A stretch of 64,000 nt of DNA, taken from a virus (lineage: Duplodnaviria > Caudoviricetes). The number at the start of each line of letters is the position of its first letter. The stretch's first letter is position 1. The position numbers were made by a program, and so were the translations under genes. This document shows positions 41,534 through 51,550 of this stretch, piece by piece. Where the stretch lies: IMG/VR virus record IMGVR_UViG_3300028886_000001. One strand, given 5' to 3'. The notes beneath the pieces were generated by a model, which saw only the letters and a list, made by a program, of their open reading frames with translations, was not told the origin of the DNA and made no database searches.

Positions 41534-41992
41534 TTGGCTTTTAATAATAAGAAGAAAGCTAAGAGAAATTACTTTTCTCAGAATATACAAGAGAATGGTG
41601 AGAATTTCTTAGATTATAAGAATGCACAGGACATGCTTAAAGATGCAGCTAGAATTATAAAGGATTTGGCTAATGAGAATATAGATATTAATAAATACTA
41701 TTACTTCTTTCAAGAGCCAAAGGTTATAGATGCATGTATACAATATGTATGGACTCAATTACAAGAGTTCGCATTTATATCTATGAGTATAGATTTCTCT
41801 ATTAATAATAGAGGTAAAGGTGTTATTCCAGACCCTGTATCTATGTCATTACAGAACAAGTACAGGAACAAAAAAGATATATTTGAACATATTTATAATT
41901 CTTTGTCATACTATAAAGCTTGCGGGGATGTAAACATATTATACGTTCTTGCTAAGACTATGAACAACAATAGATATTATATAAATAATTAG
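41534..41992 (+). CDS. Hypothetical protein
   Basis: TTG start after G-rich RBS. Confidence 0.7.
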   Translation: MAFNNKKKAKRNYFSQNIQENGENFLDYKNAQDMLKDAARIIKDLANENIDINKYYYFFQEPKVIDACIQYVWTQLQEFAFISMSIDFSINNRGKGVIPDPVSMSLQNKYRNKKDIFEHIYNSLSYYKACGDVNILYVLAKTMNNNRYYINN

Positions 41993-42003
41993 GAGGTATA
42001 TCA

Positions 42004-42375
42004 ATGGAAGCAAAACAAGTCATAAGAATAAGAGACACTTATGGTAAAGACAATCTAAAAGTAGTATGCGATAATGTATACTACTTTAATACTAGAGTAG
42101 ACAATATAATATGGGACGATGCTAATGAAATGCTATATGCAGTTAGAGGTAATGAAGATTACCATTCTAATGATACTAGACCAATAAAAATAGAAGCAGT
42201 ACCATATGAGCAAATTCAATATATGAACTGCACTAATAATAGAGCTGATGCTAAGAAGATAATGTTAGCTCTAGGATATACTGCAGAACAAGCTGATAAG
42301 ATTATTCTTAAAGTCGCACCTATAGATATAGAAAGAGGTATGATGTACGATAATAAGAATACATTCCAACCATAA
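42004..42375 (+). CDS. Hypothetical protein
   Basis: AGGAGGT RBS. Confidence 0.75.
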   Translation: MEAKQVIRIRDTYGKDNLKVVCDNVYYFNTRVDNIIWDDANEMLYAVRGNEDYHSNDTRPIKIEAVPYEQIQYMNCTNNRADAKKIMLALGYTAEQADKIILKVAPIDIERGMMYDNKNTFQP

Positions 42376-42389
42376 AAAATAAATGAATA

Positions 42390-42413
42390 AACAGAATTAT
42401 AATTATATATTAT
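42390..42413 (+). promoter_or_regulatory. Overlapping late (AACA-N6-TA) and early (AATTATATATTAT) promoters
   Basis: AACA GAATTA TA overlaps AATTATATATTAT, within inverted repeat CAGAATTATAAT..ATTATAATTCTG. Confidence 0.55.
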
Positions 42414-42468
42414 AATTCTGTAATTTATATAAAATCATTCAGAAAACAAATATTAGGAGGAATAAACA

Positions 42469-43431
42469 ATGATGAACAATTACAACAATTATGCACCAAT
42501 GGGGGCACAACAACAATATGGGTACAACCCAGCATTTGGAGGTACAAGATATGGTCAAGCACCTCAAATAAGATTTAGCCAACCATTGACTAGTGAGAAA
42601 GCAAAATTATTAAGAGGAAATAGTGCTAAGTTTAATTTAGCTGTAACACAATCTGAACTTGATAGAGCTTGCTGTACTCATAAGAATATTCAAACTAATA
42701 GTATCGCATTAATGGATAATAATGATGGTACTGAAACTTGCACTGAATGTGCAGAAACATTTTCTTTACTTCCATTAGAAATGGCAGGAAGTCAAGAAGT
42801 ACAAGACATAGTAAATCAGTTCTTGAACTTATTACAATCTATTAAGACTTATTATGTAACTTTACCTGATAAGACAATAGAAGAATTCTTTTCTATGATA
42901 CCATATGTAAAGAAAGTTCCTGAATTCTTTGTTGAAGCAGCAAATGTATTTAGAAGATACTGTGGTGGATATAATGGTGTTACTGTAGACAATGATCAAT
43001 ATGGATGGGGAATGCTTAATAGTATGACTAATCCTGGTTTCATGGGAATGCCAATGAACAATGGTTTTGCTGGTAATCCAGTAAATAACTTCCCATATGC
43101 TAATCAACCAAATGGTGGATATTATGATCAACAACCAGGTCAAGCACCAGGTCCAAATCCATTCGGATTTAATGGAGCTCAACAACAAGCACCAGCTTAT
43201 GGACAACAACCTATGTATGGAGCTCAACAACAAGCACCAGCTTATGGACAACAACCTATGTATGGAGCTCAACAACAACCTGCATACGGAGCTCAACAAC
43301 AAGCTTACGCTCAACCAAATGTACCAAATGCAAATGCAGGATGCAACCATCAACATGGTGCAACTGAACAAGTAGCAGTAAATAATAACGGACAAGCAGT
43401 TGCTACTAAAACAGAAACAACAACTAAATAG
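42469..43431 (+). CDS. Zinc-binding protein with prion-like Q/G/P/Y/N-rich termini
   Basis: CTH...CTEC core; C-terminal GAQQQAPAYGQQPMY repeats. Confidence 0.75.
   Translation: MMNNYNNYAPMGAQQQYGYNPAFGGTRYGQAPQIRFSQPLTSEKAKLLRGNSAKFNLAVTQSELDRACCTHKNIQTNSIALMDNNDGTETCTECAETFSLLPLEMAGSQEVQDIVNQFLNLLQSIKTYYVTLPDKTIEEFFSMIPYVKKVPEFFVEAANVFRRYCGGYNGVTVDNDQYGWGMLNSMTNPGFMGMPMNNGFAGNPVNNFPYANQPNGGYYDQQPGQAPGPNPFGFNGAQQQAPAYGQQPMYGAQQQAPAYGQQPMYGAQQQPAYGAQQQAYAQPNVPNANAGCNHQHGATEQVAVNNNGQAVATKTETTTK
43174..43308 (+). repeat. 45-bp coding tandem repeat (two exact copies plus two partial)
   Basis: ggagctcaacaacaagcaccagcttatggacaacaacctatgtat at 43174 and 43219; partial copies at 43264 and 43288. 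Confidence 0.95.
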
Positions 43432-43447
43432 TATATAAATTACAATT

Positions 43448-43479
43448 ATAGAGTATAAGGAGAAATCCTTATACTCTAT
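43448..43479 (+). terminator. Intrinsic terminator with GAAA tetraloop
   Basis: ATAGAGTATAAGGA-gaaa-TCCTTATACTCTAT then T-rich tract. Confidence 0.8.
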
Positions 43480-43636
43480 TTATTTTGTCTTATAAAGACA
43501 TTTATTTCTTGCTCCACTATAGGGGTACTGATAAAAATATACTATAGTTTAAACACAATATTGAAAAATGTATAATAGTTATATATTATAACTATGGAAA
43601 ATATTAAGGAACAAATATCTGAGGTGATTATTTAAA

Positions 43637-45946
43637 ATGAAGAAAAAGTTTGATAAAACGATGGAAGCAAACATCAAGAATTACGGAAACGAAATAGAAC
43701 ACTTAGAGTACCCAGATGATATACGAAGAAAACCTGGAATGTATATTGGGGGTAAAGGGAACAGAGGATATCTTAATATGTTTAAAGAGATATTTCAGAA
43801 CTCTACAGATGAGCTTATGAAACCTTCATCACCATGCACAATGATAAGTGTATATTATGATGAAAGAATAGCAGAAGCTATAGTAGAAGATAATGGTAGA
43901 GGAATACCATTCGATAAAATGATAGATATGTTTACTGATGAACATACATCATCAAATTATACTAAGAAGGGAGGAGAATTCTCTTCTGGAGTACATGGTA
44001 TTGGTGCTAAAGTAACCAATGCTTTATCTGAATTCTTTAGTGTAGAATCTCATATACTGGGAGAAGTAAGATATGTAGAATTCCACGATGGAATTACTAA
44101 GAAAGGTGTACAGAAATTAAAGCCTAATGATAAATATCAAGGAACAATAGTTAGATTTAGACCTTCGGTAGAAGTAATGGGAGAGATAACTGTTTCTGTT
44201 CAAGATATTTTATATATGATTAAAGCTATTATGCCTCTTACTAAGATTGGTGATACAGTACAATTTAGAGGAGTATTAGCTGATGGCAAAACTTATGATG
44301 AAACAATAGTTAATGAGTATGGACTAGGAGGTTATTTAGCAACTATAGCTCCATCACCATTAATAAATCCTATAGGATGTGTAAAGGAAACAAATGAGAT
44401 AAAAGCAGATATTGTATTCACTTTTGACTCTACTAGTCTTAATGAAAATATTATATCTTTCGCAAACTTTTGTCAAGTAAGAGAAGGAACTCATTTAGAT
44501 GGGTTTATAGATGGACTTTGTTATTACTTTAGAACTTATATGAATAAGATATTCTTAGCTAATAATAAGAAACTATCTATAATTAATAATGATATAAGAG
44601 CAGGATTAAAAGCTGTAGTAAATATATCAGTATTAGAACCAATATTCTCTGGGCAAGCTAAAGAAGTATTCACTAATATAGAAGCAAAAGAATTTGTAAA
44701 TAAATTAGTGGTTAATTCTTTAAAGGAATGGGCTAAGCTTAATCCTAAAGATTTGCAGAAAGTATGTAAATACATTAAAGAGATTGCAGAGATCAGAGTG
44801 AAATCTGAAGAAGGAAGAGTTAAACTTACTACAAAGTATAATACTTCTTCAGTAAATAATTTACCTAGTAAGTATACTCAACCAGTTGAGCATAAGGGTG
44901 AATTCATAATAGTTGAAGGAGATTCAGCTAAAGGATCTGCTACAAATGTAAGAGCTAAATATCAAGGTATAATGCCAATAAGAGGTAAGTTACCTAATGC
45001 ATTTACTACACCTAAATCTAAATTCATGAGTAATGAAGAAATAGCTGGTATAATGATGATTATATCTAATGGTAAATATGGATATACATTAGATCCAGAG
45101 ACAGTACCATGGGAAAAGATAATATTTATGCCAGATGCTGATGTAGATGGAAAGCATATTAGAGCTTTATTATTAAGATTCTTTATTATGTATTATCCTA
45201 CATTGATAGAAGCAGGAAAAGTATATAGTGCAGTACCACCATTATATTCTTTAGAGAAAGGTAAAAAGAAGATATACCTTACAGAAAGAGCAGATTATGT
45301 AAGATATAATCAACAAGCTTTTACTAAGACTAATACTATAGCAGATATAAATAATAAACCTATAAAACCATTAGACTTAGGTAAGATATTATATGATAAT
45401 ATGAATTATACATATGATATGAATTGTTTATGTGATAATTACGCTGTAGATCCATTATTAATGGAATTAATAGCTTGTAATATAAACCTTACTCCAAAGA
45501 AACTAGATAAGGTAGTAAATAAAGTATTTAGATTTATGCATGCTGAAGTTATAAATGGAGTTACTGTAGTAAGAGGATTATTAAATTGTCAATCTAATAC
45601 AGTAATATTACACCAGCAACTAGTAGATCAAATAGTAAGCACAATAGTACCTTATATACAAAATAACAGAAGCATGTACTATATATTGAATGGACAAGTA
45701 GTATCATTATATACATTTATGACAGCATTCGAGAGTGTAACATCAGTACAACGTTATAAGGGATTAGGAGAAATGGATGCTAATGAATTAGCAGAGTCTA
45801 CATTACTTCCGGAGCAAAGAACTCTTATACAATATACATTAGAATCAGCTAAAGACGAAATAGAACAAATAAGATACTACGAGTCTAATAAAGATAGATT
45901 CTTAGAATTAATAACTAATGTCACTAGAAATGACTTAGTAGAATAG
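43637..45946 (+). CDS. gyrB: Type IIA topoisomerase B subunit (GyrB/ParE-like)
   Basis: RRKPGMYIG, EIFQNSTDE, EDNGRGIP, GVHGIG, VEGDSA, PIRGK, DADVDG, RYKGLGEM. Confidence 0.95.
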   Translation: MKKKFDKTMEANIKNYGNEIEHLEYPDDIRRKPGMYIGGKGNRGYLNMFKEIFQNSTDELMKPSSPCTMISVYYDERIAEAIVEDNGRGIPFDKMIDMFTDEHTSSNYTKKGGEFSSGVHGIGAKVTNALSEFFSVESHILGEVRYVEFHDGITKKGVQKLKPNDKYQGTIVRFRPSVEVMGEITVSVQDILYMIKAIMPLTKIGDTVQFRGVLADGKTYDETIVNEYGLGGYLATIAPSPLINPIGCVKETNEIKADIVFTFDSTSLNENIISFANFCQVREGTHLDGFIDGLCYYFRTYMNKIFLANNKKLSIINNDIRAGLKAVVNISVLEPIFSGQAKEVFTNIEAKEFVNKLVVNSLKEWAKLNPKDLQKVCKYIKEIAEIRVKSEEGRVKLTTKYNTSSVNNLPSKYTQPVEHKGEFIIVEGDSAKGSATNVRAKYQGIMPIRGKLPNAFTTPKSKFMSNEEIAGIMMIISNGKYGYTLDPETVPWEKIIFMPDADVDGKHIRALLLRFFIMYYPTLIEAGKVYSAVPPLYSLEKGKKKIYLTERADYVRYNQQAFTKTNTIADINNKPIKPLDLGKILYDNMNYTYDMNCLCDNYAVDPLLMELIACNINLTPKKLDKVVNKVFRFMHAEVINGVTVVRGLLNCQSNTVILHQQLVDQIVSTIVPYIQNNRSMYYILNGQVVSLYTFMTAFESVTSVQRYKGLGEMDANELAESTLLPEQRTLIQYTLESAKDEIEQIRYYESNKDRFLELITNVTRNDLVE

Positions 45947-45961
45947 GAGGTCAATACAATA

Positions 45962-48364
45962 ATGGCAGAAAGAATAATAGTCAAAGATACATTAGAGCAA
46001 TATAAAGATGATATGGCACAATATGCTTTAGTCATAAACAGAAAAAGAGCAACCCCAAATATTCTAGATGGTTTAAAACCAGTACAAAGAAGAATTATAT
46101 GGGATATGTATAATGATATGAAAGCTACATCACCAGCTAATAGAAAAAAATCAGCAAGAATATCAGGTAGTGTAATAGGAAAATATCATCCACATGGAGA
46201 TACCGCTGTATATGAAACAATGGTTCCAATGGCTAATTGGTATAGATGCTATATACCACTAATATATGGTAAAGGAAACTGGGGTAATATACAAGGTGAC
46301 TCTCAAGCAGCAGCACGTTATACAGAAGCATCTTTAAATAGCTTTTCAGTAGAAGTAGTAATAAATGCTTTAAGAGAATGCAGAGAAGTTGTTAACTGGG
46401 AGAATACTTTTGATGATACTGATAAAGAACCAGAATATTTACCAGTAGCAATACCTCTATTATTAATAAATGGTACATTTGGTATTGGAGTTGGTCTTAC
46501 AACAAGAATACCACCACATAATATAGTAGAAGTAATAGATGCTACTATAGCATTAATAAAGAATCCTAATGCTAGAATAGTACTATATCCAGATCAATGT
46601 ATGCCTTGTCAAATAATAGATGCAGATTTCAAAAAAATAAGCAATACAGGTGTAGGTAAGTTTATAGTAAGAGGAATTATAGATATAGAAGAAGTCAATG
46701 TCCACATAGGACATAATAAGAAAAATGTAAAAAGAACTTGCTTAGTAATAAAATCTACACCAGACTTAGTTACATTAAATGCTATAAAAGATAAGTTAGA
46801 TTCTTTGATAAAGGATAAGGTAATAACTCAGATTGTAGATATTATAGAAGATCATTATTCTGATAAAGATGGTATTGAACATATGAGAATGATATTACCT
46901 TTAGCTATTGGTGCTGATCCTAATTATGTAAGAGATATGATATATAAGAATACTTCTATGCAATCAACTGTAGCAGAAAACTTCGAAGTATTAGATGGAT
47001 TACATCCAGTAATAATGGGACATAAACAATATCTATTGAGATTTATAGATAATGCTTTGAATACTAAGTTTAGACTATATTGTCACAGACTTAAGAAGTA
47101 TCAAACTAAGTATCACGAGAAAGAAGCATATATTAAACTAATGCAATCTGGAGAGATTGATAATATAATAGATATGATTAAGAAGAGAACTGATACTGAT
47201 GATAATAAACTTATGGAGTATCTTATCAAGAAACTTAATATAACAGATCTTCAAGCTATGTATATTATGAAAGCTAACTTAAAGACTTTATCTATAGGAT
47301 ATCTTAATAAGTATATAGATGAAGCTAATGAATTATCTAATAATATAAGTAGATGTATGGATATGATTACCAATAGAGAATCTATGGTAAAAGAACTATT
47401 AGAGGAATTAAAGTACTATAAGAAAAAGTATGGTTGTCCGAGAAGATCAGTTATAGTTCCTAAAGAAGTAATGAACAATATTCCACAAGGAGATTTTACT
47501 GTTATACTTACAGAGAAGAACTTTGTAAAGAAAGTATCATTAGGTCAATCTATAGGTAGCTTTAAGAATGATAAACCTAGAATGATATTGAATGGACAGA
47601 ATACAGAAAATATTCTTATATTTGATAGGATAGGTAAAGTATATAAGTTACCTATACATAAGATTCCTACTACAGATAGAAATAGTAATGGAACTGATAT
47701 TAGAATGATTAATAAGAAAATTAGTACTAATATCATGCAGATTATGTATGAACCTGAATTAAAAGCTGTATATGATCAAATAAAAGAGTCTTATATGGTT
47801 ATAGTAACAGCTAAGGGTAATATTAAGAAAGTTACATTACAAGATTTCTTAACAGTTCCACCTAGTGGTATATTCTTTATCAAATTAGATCCAGATGACT
47901 ATGTATCAGAGTGTATAGTAGCATCAGATATAAATGATGTAGGAGTATATTCTAAACAGAAAGCATTAAGAATGAGTATAGCAGATATTCCATTCCAAAA
48001 GAGAAATAATAAAGGAATGAAGTCTATGGCTGACTCTGATGTTATAGATGGAGTATTTAGTATTAATCCAAGTAATACTGATATTATCATAGTAACAGAA
48101 CACGGAAAGATAAATAGAATATCCACAACAGCATTAGAGTGTAGTGGAAGAAATAGAGCTGGAAAGAGAATAATAAAATTATCTCAAGGTGATAGTATTA
48201 AGTGTGTTAAAGCAGGAAATGAGAATAGTATTATCAATATGGAAACAGCTTTAGGAAATGATATGCAATTACGAATAGGAGATATAGAAATAGGCAGTAC
48301 AGCTAGTACAGGAAAGAAGTATCTTCCTAAGAGTGATATTGTAGTAAGATGTCAATTAATATAA
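45962..48364 (+). CDS. gyrA: Type IIA topoisomerase A subunit (GyrA/ParC-like)
   Basis: DGLKPVQRRI, KKSAR, GKYHPHGD, catalytic AAARYTE, PPHN; beta-pinwheel CTD. Confidence 0.95.
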   Translation: MAERIIVKDTLEQYKDDMAQYALVINRKRATPNILDGLKPVQRRIIWDMYNDMKATSPANRKKSARISGSVIGKYHPHGDTAVYETMVPMANWYRCYIPLIYGKGNWGNIQGDSQAAARYTEASLNSFSVEVVINALRECREVVNWENTFDDTDKEPEYLPVAIPLLLINGTFGIGVGLTTRIPPHNIVEVIDATIALIKNPNARIVLYPDQCMPCQIIDADFKKISNTGVGKFIVRGIIDIEEVNVHIGHNKKNVKRTCLVIKSTPDLVTLNAIKDKLDSLIKDKVITQIVDIIEDHYSDKDGIEHMRMILPLAIGADPNYVRDMIYKNTSMQSTVAENFEVLDGLHPVIMGHKQYLLRFIDNALNTKFRLYCHRLKKYQTKYHEKEAYIKLMQSGEIDNIIDMIKKRTDTDDNKLMEYLIKKLNITDLQAMYIMKANLKTLSIGYLNKYIDEANELSNNISRCMDMITNRESMVKELLEELKYYKKKYGCPRRSVIVPKEVMNNIPQGDFTVILTEKNFVKKVSLGQSIGSFKNDKPRMILNGQNTENILIFDRIGKVYKLPIHKIPTTDRNSNGTDIRMINKKISTNIMQIMYEPELKAVYDQIKESYMVIVTAKGNIKKVTLQDFLTVPPSGIFFIKLDPDDYVSECIVASDINDVGVYSKQKALRMSIADIPFQKRNNKGMKSMADSDVIDGVFSINPSNTDIIIVTEHGKINRISTTALECSGRNRAGKRIIKLSQGDSIKCVKAGNENSIINMETALGNDMQLRIGDIEIGSTASTGKKYLPKSDIVVRCQLI

Positions 48365-48421
48365 ACAATAGAAGGAGATATTAATCTCCTTCTTAATATA
48401 ATATTATGGGGTGCAGAATGA

Positions 48422-48607
48422 ATGAAAGTATCAGCAACGACTTTAATGAGCAATCAATGTTTAATAAGAGAATACAGAGCGAAACAAGAATATGTAGTAG
48501 AGAATTTAAAACAAATTAAATCCATTGTAGAGAATCTAGAAGGTGAAAATAAAGAGTTGGCTTTAGAGATGTTAGATGGATGCGAATATATACTAGATAA
48601 TAAATAA
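48422..48607 (+). CDS. Small hypothetical protein
   Basis: GGGGTG RBS. Confidence 0.6.
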   Translation: MKVSATTLMSNQCLIREYRAKQEYVVENLKQIKSIVENLEGENKELALEMLDGCEYILDNK

Positions 48608-48624
48608 CAAGGGGCGTAATACTT

Positions 48625-48984
48625 ATGAGCTATGGTTATAAAAGAAAAAGAAAACGCTATGATAATACTAAATATAGGACTTTATCAAGCGGAACTAAGT
48701 TAATGATTATAACAAATGATATTACTACTAAAGTAGGAATATTAATGGCTAATGCATTTAATCACGATAGAGATGTAATATTAGAATATAAATCTGGAGA
48801 ATATATAATGCGATTGAAATGTGGTAAATATTCTATAGGATTTATATATATAGATAAGAATGATAATATTACTAAATACACACTATGTTTTGATGATTTA
48901 CAATCATTCTTTAGTGATGTAAATATAAATAGTCTAATAGGTATATTGAATTATTATATAGGAAAGAAATTAAAAAAGGACTAG
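48625..48984 (+). CDS. Hypothetical protein with basic N-terminus
   Basis: AAGGGG RBS; terminator hairpin over stop. Confidence 0.65.
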   Translation: MSYGYKRKRKRYDNTKYRTLSSGTKLMIITNDITTKVGILMANAFNHDRDVILEYKSGEYIMRLKCGKYSIGFIYIDKNDNITKYTLCFDDLQSFFSDVNINSLIGILNYYIGKKLKKD

Positions 48985-49020
48985 TCATATAGACTAGTCC
49001 TTTATATTAACTAATATTTT

Positions 49021-49033
49021 AATTGTATATTAT
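49021..49033 (+). promoter_or_regulatory. Early-type promoter
   Basis: AATTGTATATTAT. Confidence 0.65.
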
Positions 49034-49073
49034 TACTAAGTATACATAAATAAATATAAAGGAGAGATTTATT

Positions 49074-49553
49074 ATGACAAAAGTAAATACTGTAGAAGCT
49101 AATGCAAAAATATTATATCGTAGTTTATTAGATGAATCAGCAAGTTATTATTATGATGGAGATAACTATAAGATACTTAAATTAATATCTAATCTAGATA
49201 GATTCTTGCATTCTAAATTGAAAGATAATAAAAGCTTTGAATCTGATGAAGAACATCTTGAATATTTATTATCTGTTTTAAAGGAAGCTACATCTAAATA
49301 TATTTATAAGATATTAACTCTTGCAGAGCTGGATAAATATGATTTAAATGGTTGGAAGGATGCAATAAATATATCAAAAGGTCATTGGCATGAATATGAT
49401 TTAATTGAACTTCCAGACCTTTATAAGGATTATAATTATATCAATGCAGATTCAGCAAAAAGTAAGGATCTAAAGATATTAGAACAACCATTATATTATT
49501 GGTGCGGATTTCAAATGATACCAATTAAAAAAGGATGGGCTATATATTTATAA
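49074..49553 (+). CDS. Hypothetical early protein
   Basis: AAGGAG RBS. Confidence 0.75.
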   Translation: MTKVNTVEANAKILYRSLLDESASYYYDGDNYKILKLISNLDRFLHSKLKDNKSFESDEEHLEYLLSVLKEATSKYIYKILTLAELDKYDLNGWKDAINISKGHWHEYDLIELPDLYKDYNYINADSAKSKDLKILEQPLYYWCGFQMIPIKKGWAIYL

Positions 49554-49707
49554 GAATAGGTATTATACCTATTCTTTTATTTTTTCTATGATACTGAGGA
49601 TATGAGTATTTGTAAAACTATTATATTTCAATTGTATATTATTATCTTGTAATAATCAATAGTATAAAGAATAATAATAAAGGGAGGATGATTATTATGA
49701 TGAATAA
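49552..49707 (+). repeat. ~160-bp dispersed repeat copy B (terminator + early promoter 49630..49642 + RBS)
   Basis: Near-identical to 5007..5166. Confidence 0.95.
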
Positions 49708-50068
49708 TGATACTTTTGTTGAAAAGCTAACAGCTTTCGAATGTAAGAATTTTGAAGAGGACGATTTAAGAGGACTAGCAATAATAGGAGAAACAATTAG
49801 AGAAGTTGATTTCTCTTATGCAGATTTGAGGGATTGTGAATTCAAATATTGCAATTTTATCGATTGCTATTTTACAGACAGCGATTTGAGAGGCGTGCAA
49901 TTCAACAGTTGCAACATAATAAACACCAATTTACGTGGTGCAGATTGTAGAAATACAAACATGAAACAGACTTCAATGATAAATTGTAAGATCTTTGACG
50001 AGACAATCAAAGATATTACATTTTGGTTCTCTGACATCGATGGAAAAGACCCAAGCGATAAAAAATAA
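49697..50068 (+). CDS. Pentapeptide repeat protein
   Basis: VDFSY ADLRD CEFKY CNFID CYFTD SDLRG VQFNS CNIIN TNLRG ADCRN. Confidence 0.9.
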   Translation: MMNNDTFVEKLTAFECKNFEEDDLRGLAIIGETIREVDFSYADLRDCEFKYCNFIDCYFTDSDLRGVQFNSCNIINTNLRGADCRNTNMKQTSMINCKIFDETIKDITFWFSDIDGKDPSDKK

Positions 50069-50090
50069 AAGTAGCTTAATGCTACTTTTA
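50066..50090. terminator. Bidirectional terminator
   Basis: TAAAAGTAGC-ttaat-GCTACTTTTA between convergent stops. Confidence 0.7.
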
Positions 50091-51473
50091 TTTTTTTCTT
50101 TTGTCATTGTATATATCTTGAATTTGTTTATGCAAATCTGTTTTCTTATATATATTATTACGATAATCTCCACCTTCGAATTTATCATATAGATAAGTAT
50201 AATACATTTTACTTACCATGCTTATATCTGCTTTATCTTTATTTCTACCAGGTTCTAATATATCCTTCTGCATTATCTTTTTTATATCTTGTATTTGTTT
50301 TTTGATCTCTTTCTCCATTTTAGGATCTATATTATTACGTTTTATTTCTTTCTCTAAGTAATCTATTTGATTATATAATCTAGCTGTTATTGTAGGATGT
50401 GGAGAACTAGCACAGAATAATATATTAATTGGCATTATAACTAAGTTTAAGAAATGAATATATAATGGATATTCATATACTTCTCCTTTCTTATTCTTAT
50501 AATGCTTAGTTTCTAATCCTTCTATCTTTACTAATCCTTTAGCTAAGTCATCACCATACCCATACATAGTAGCAAAACTATCTGCTAATTTTTCATCATT
50601 ATATCCTAATAGATGACTTAATAATCCTCTTACAGATACAAAGGTTTTTATAGTAGTCTTTTGTTTTTTGCCATCCAACCAATCTTCTATATACTTTATT
50701 GGATCATTCTCTATTGCTATTATTTTACCTATATGACCTGTAATTAAATATAATTGTTTTACTACATTTAAAGCATTACTAATAATTCTCTTCATAGTAT
50801 CTCTAGCTACTACTACATTAGGCAAATGCTGATTCATATACTTCTCTAATGAATTAGAAAACATAACTGAATATTTAGATCCATATTGTATAGTATCTTT
50901 AATAGTCTCTATAGCCTTTAATGGTCTAACAGCAGCATTAGCAGCATCGGTTATTAAATCTGATATCATATACGAATATTTTATATCATCAAATATATCT
51001 ATCTTTTTATCAAAGTTAGAACTAAAGTTATGTCCTATTTCATGTAATAATATAGCTAATACTTCTCTATCTGTAACACTCTTCATTAGTAATAGATCGT
51101 AGTATATAAATACAATACAAGAATAATTAGCTTCTTTAGTATATTTAATTCCATCTTTAGTAGGAGCAAGATATTTCTTATGATTCCCAGCATCTAAAGT
51201 ACTAGTTATAGGAAATGTACATGCATTAACACCACAAGATGATTGTACTGTTAAACAGAAGTTTACAAATCCAAATGTCTTTTCTGCTTGTCTATTAAAT
51301 GCTATAAGTTCTTCATATGTATTAGCTTTTACTGCTTTAGAATCTTTATCTTTCATACATCTTTTTCTAAATGCAGATAAACAACTTTGAAGCTTCTTTA
51401 TATCAGATGTCTCGCCAAAATATACTTCATTAAGAACGGTTCTTTGCACAAAGTCTTTATTATATATTCCCAT
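50088..51473 (-). CDS. Zincin metallopeptidase (M48-like), probably virion-associated
   Basis: AILLHEIGH, EKLADSFA..YGY...LAKGL.K, HPT..ARL; late promoter. Confidence 0.8.
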   Translation of the reverse strand: MGIYNKDFVQRTVLNEVYFGETSDIKKLQSCLSAFRKRCMKDKDSKAVKANTYEELIAFNRQAEKTFGFVNFCLTVQSSCGVNACTFPITSTLDAGNHKKYLAPTKDGIKYTKEANYSCIVFIYYDLLLMKSVTDREVLAILLHEIGHNFSSNFDKKIDIFDDIKYSYMISDLITDAANAAVRPLKAIETIKDTIQYGSKYSVMFSNSLEKYMNQHLPNVVVARDTMKRIISNALNVVKQLYLITGHIGKIIAIENDPIKYIEDWLDGKKQKTTIKTFVSVRGLLSHLLGYNDEKLADSFATMYGYGDDLAKGLVKIEGLETKHYKNKKGEVYEYPLYIHFLNLVIMPINILFCASSPHPTITARLYNQIDYLEKEIKRNNIDPKMEKEIKKQIQDIKKIMQKDILEPGRNKDKADISMVSKMYYTYLYDKFEGGDYRNNIYKKTDLHKQIQDIYNDKRKK

Positions 51474-51498
51474 GAATATGCCTCCTTATTTTTTAATA

Positions 51499-51523
51499 TA
51501 TTTAAATGTTCAACATAGTAATA
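51499..51523. promoter_or_regulatory. Back-to-back divergent late promoters
   Basis: TA-TTTAAA-TGTT-c-AACA-TAGTAA-TA: AACA-N6-TA on both strands, 1 bp apart. Confidence 0.75.
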
Positions 51524-51550
51524 ATTATATTAATTAAGGAGGGTTTATGT

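Noticed and set aside
43174-43308. CRISPR-like array
   Set aside because: Repeats are contiguous, in-frame and lack spacers; no array seen elsewhere
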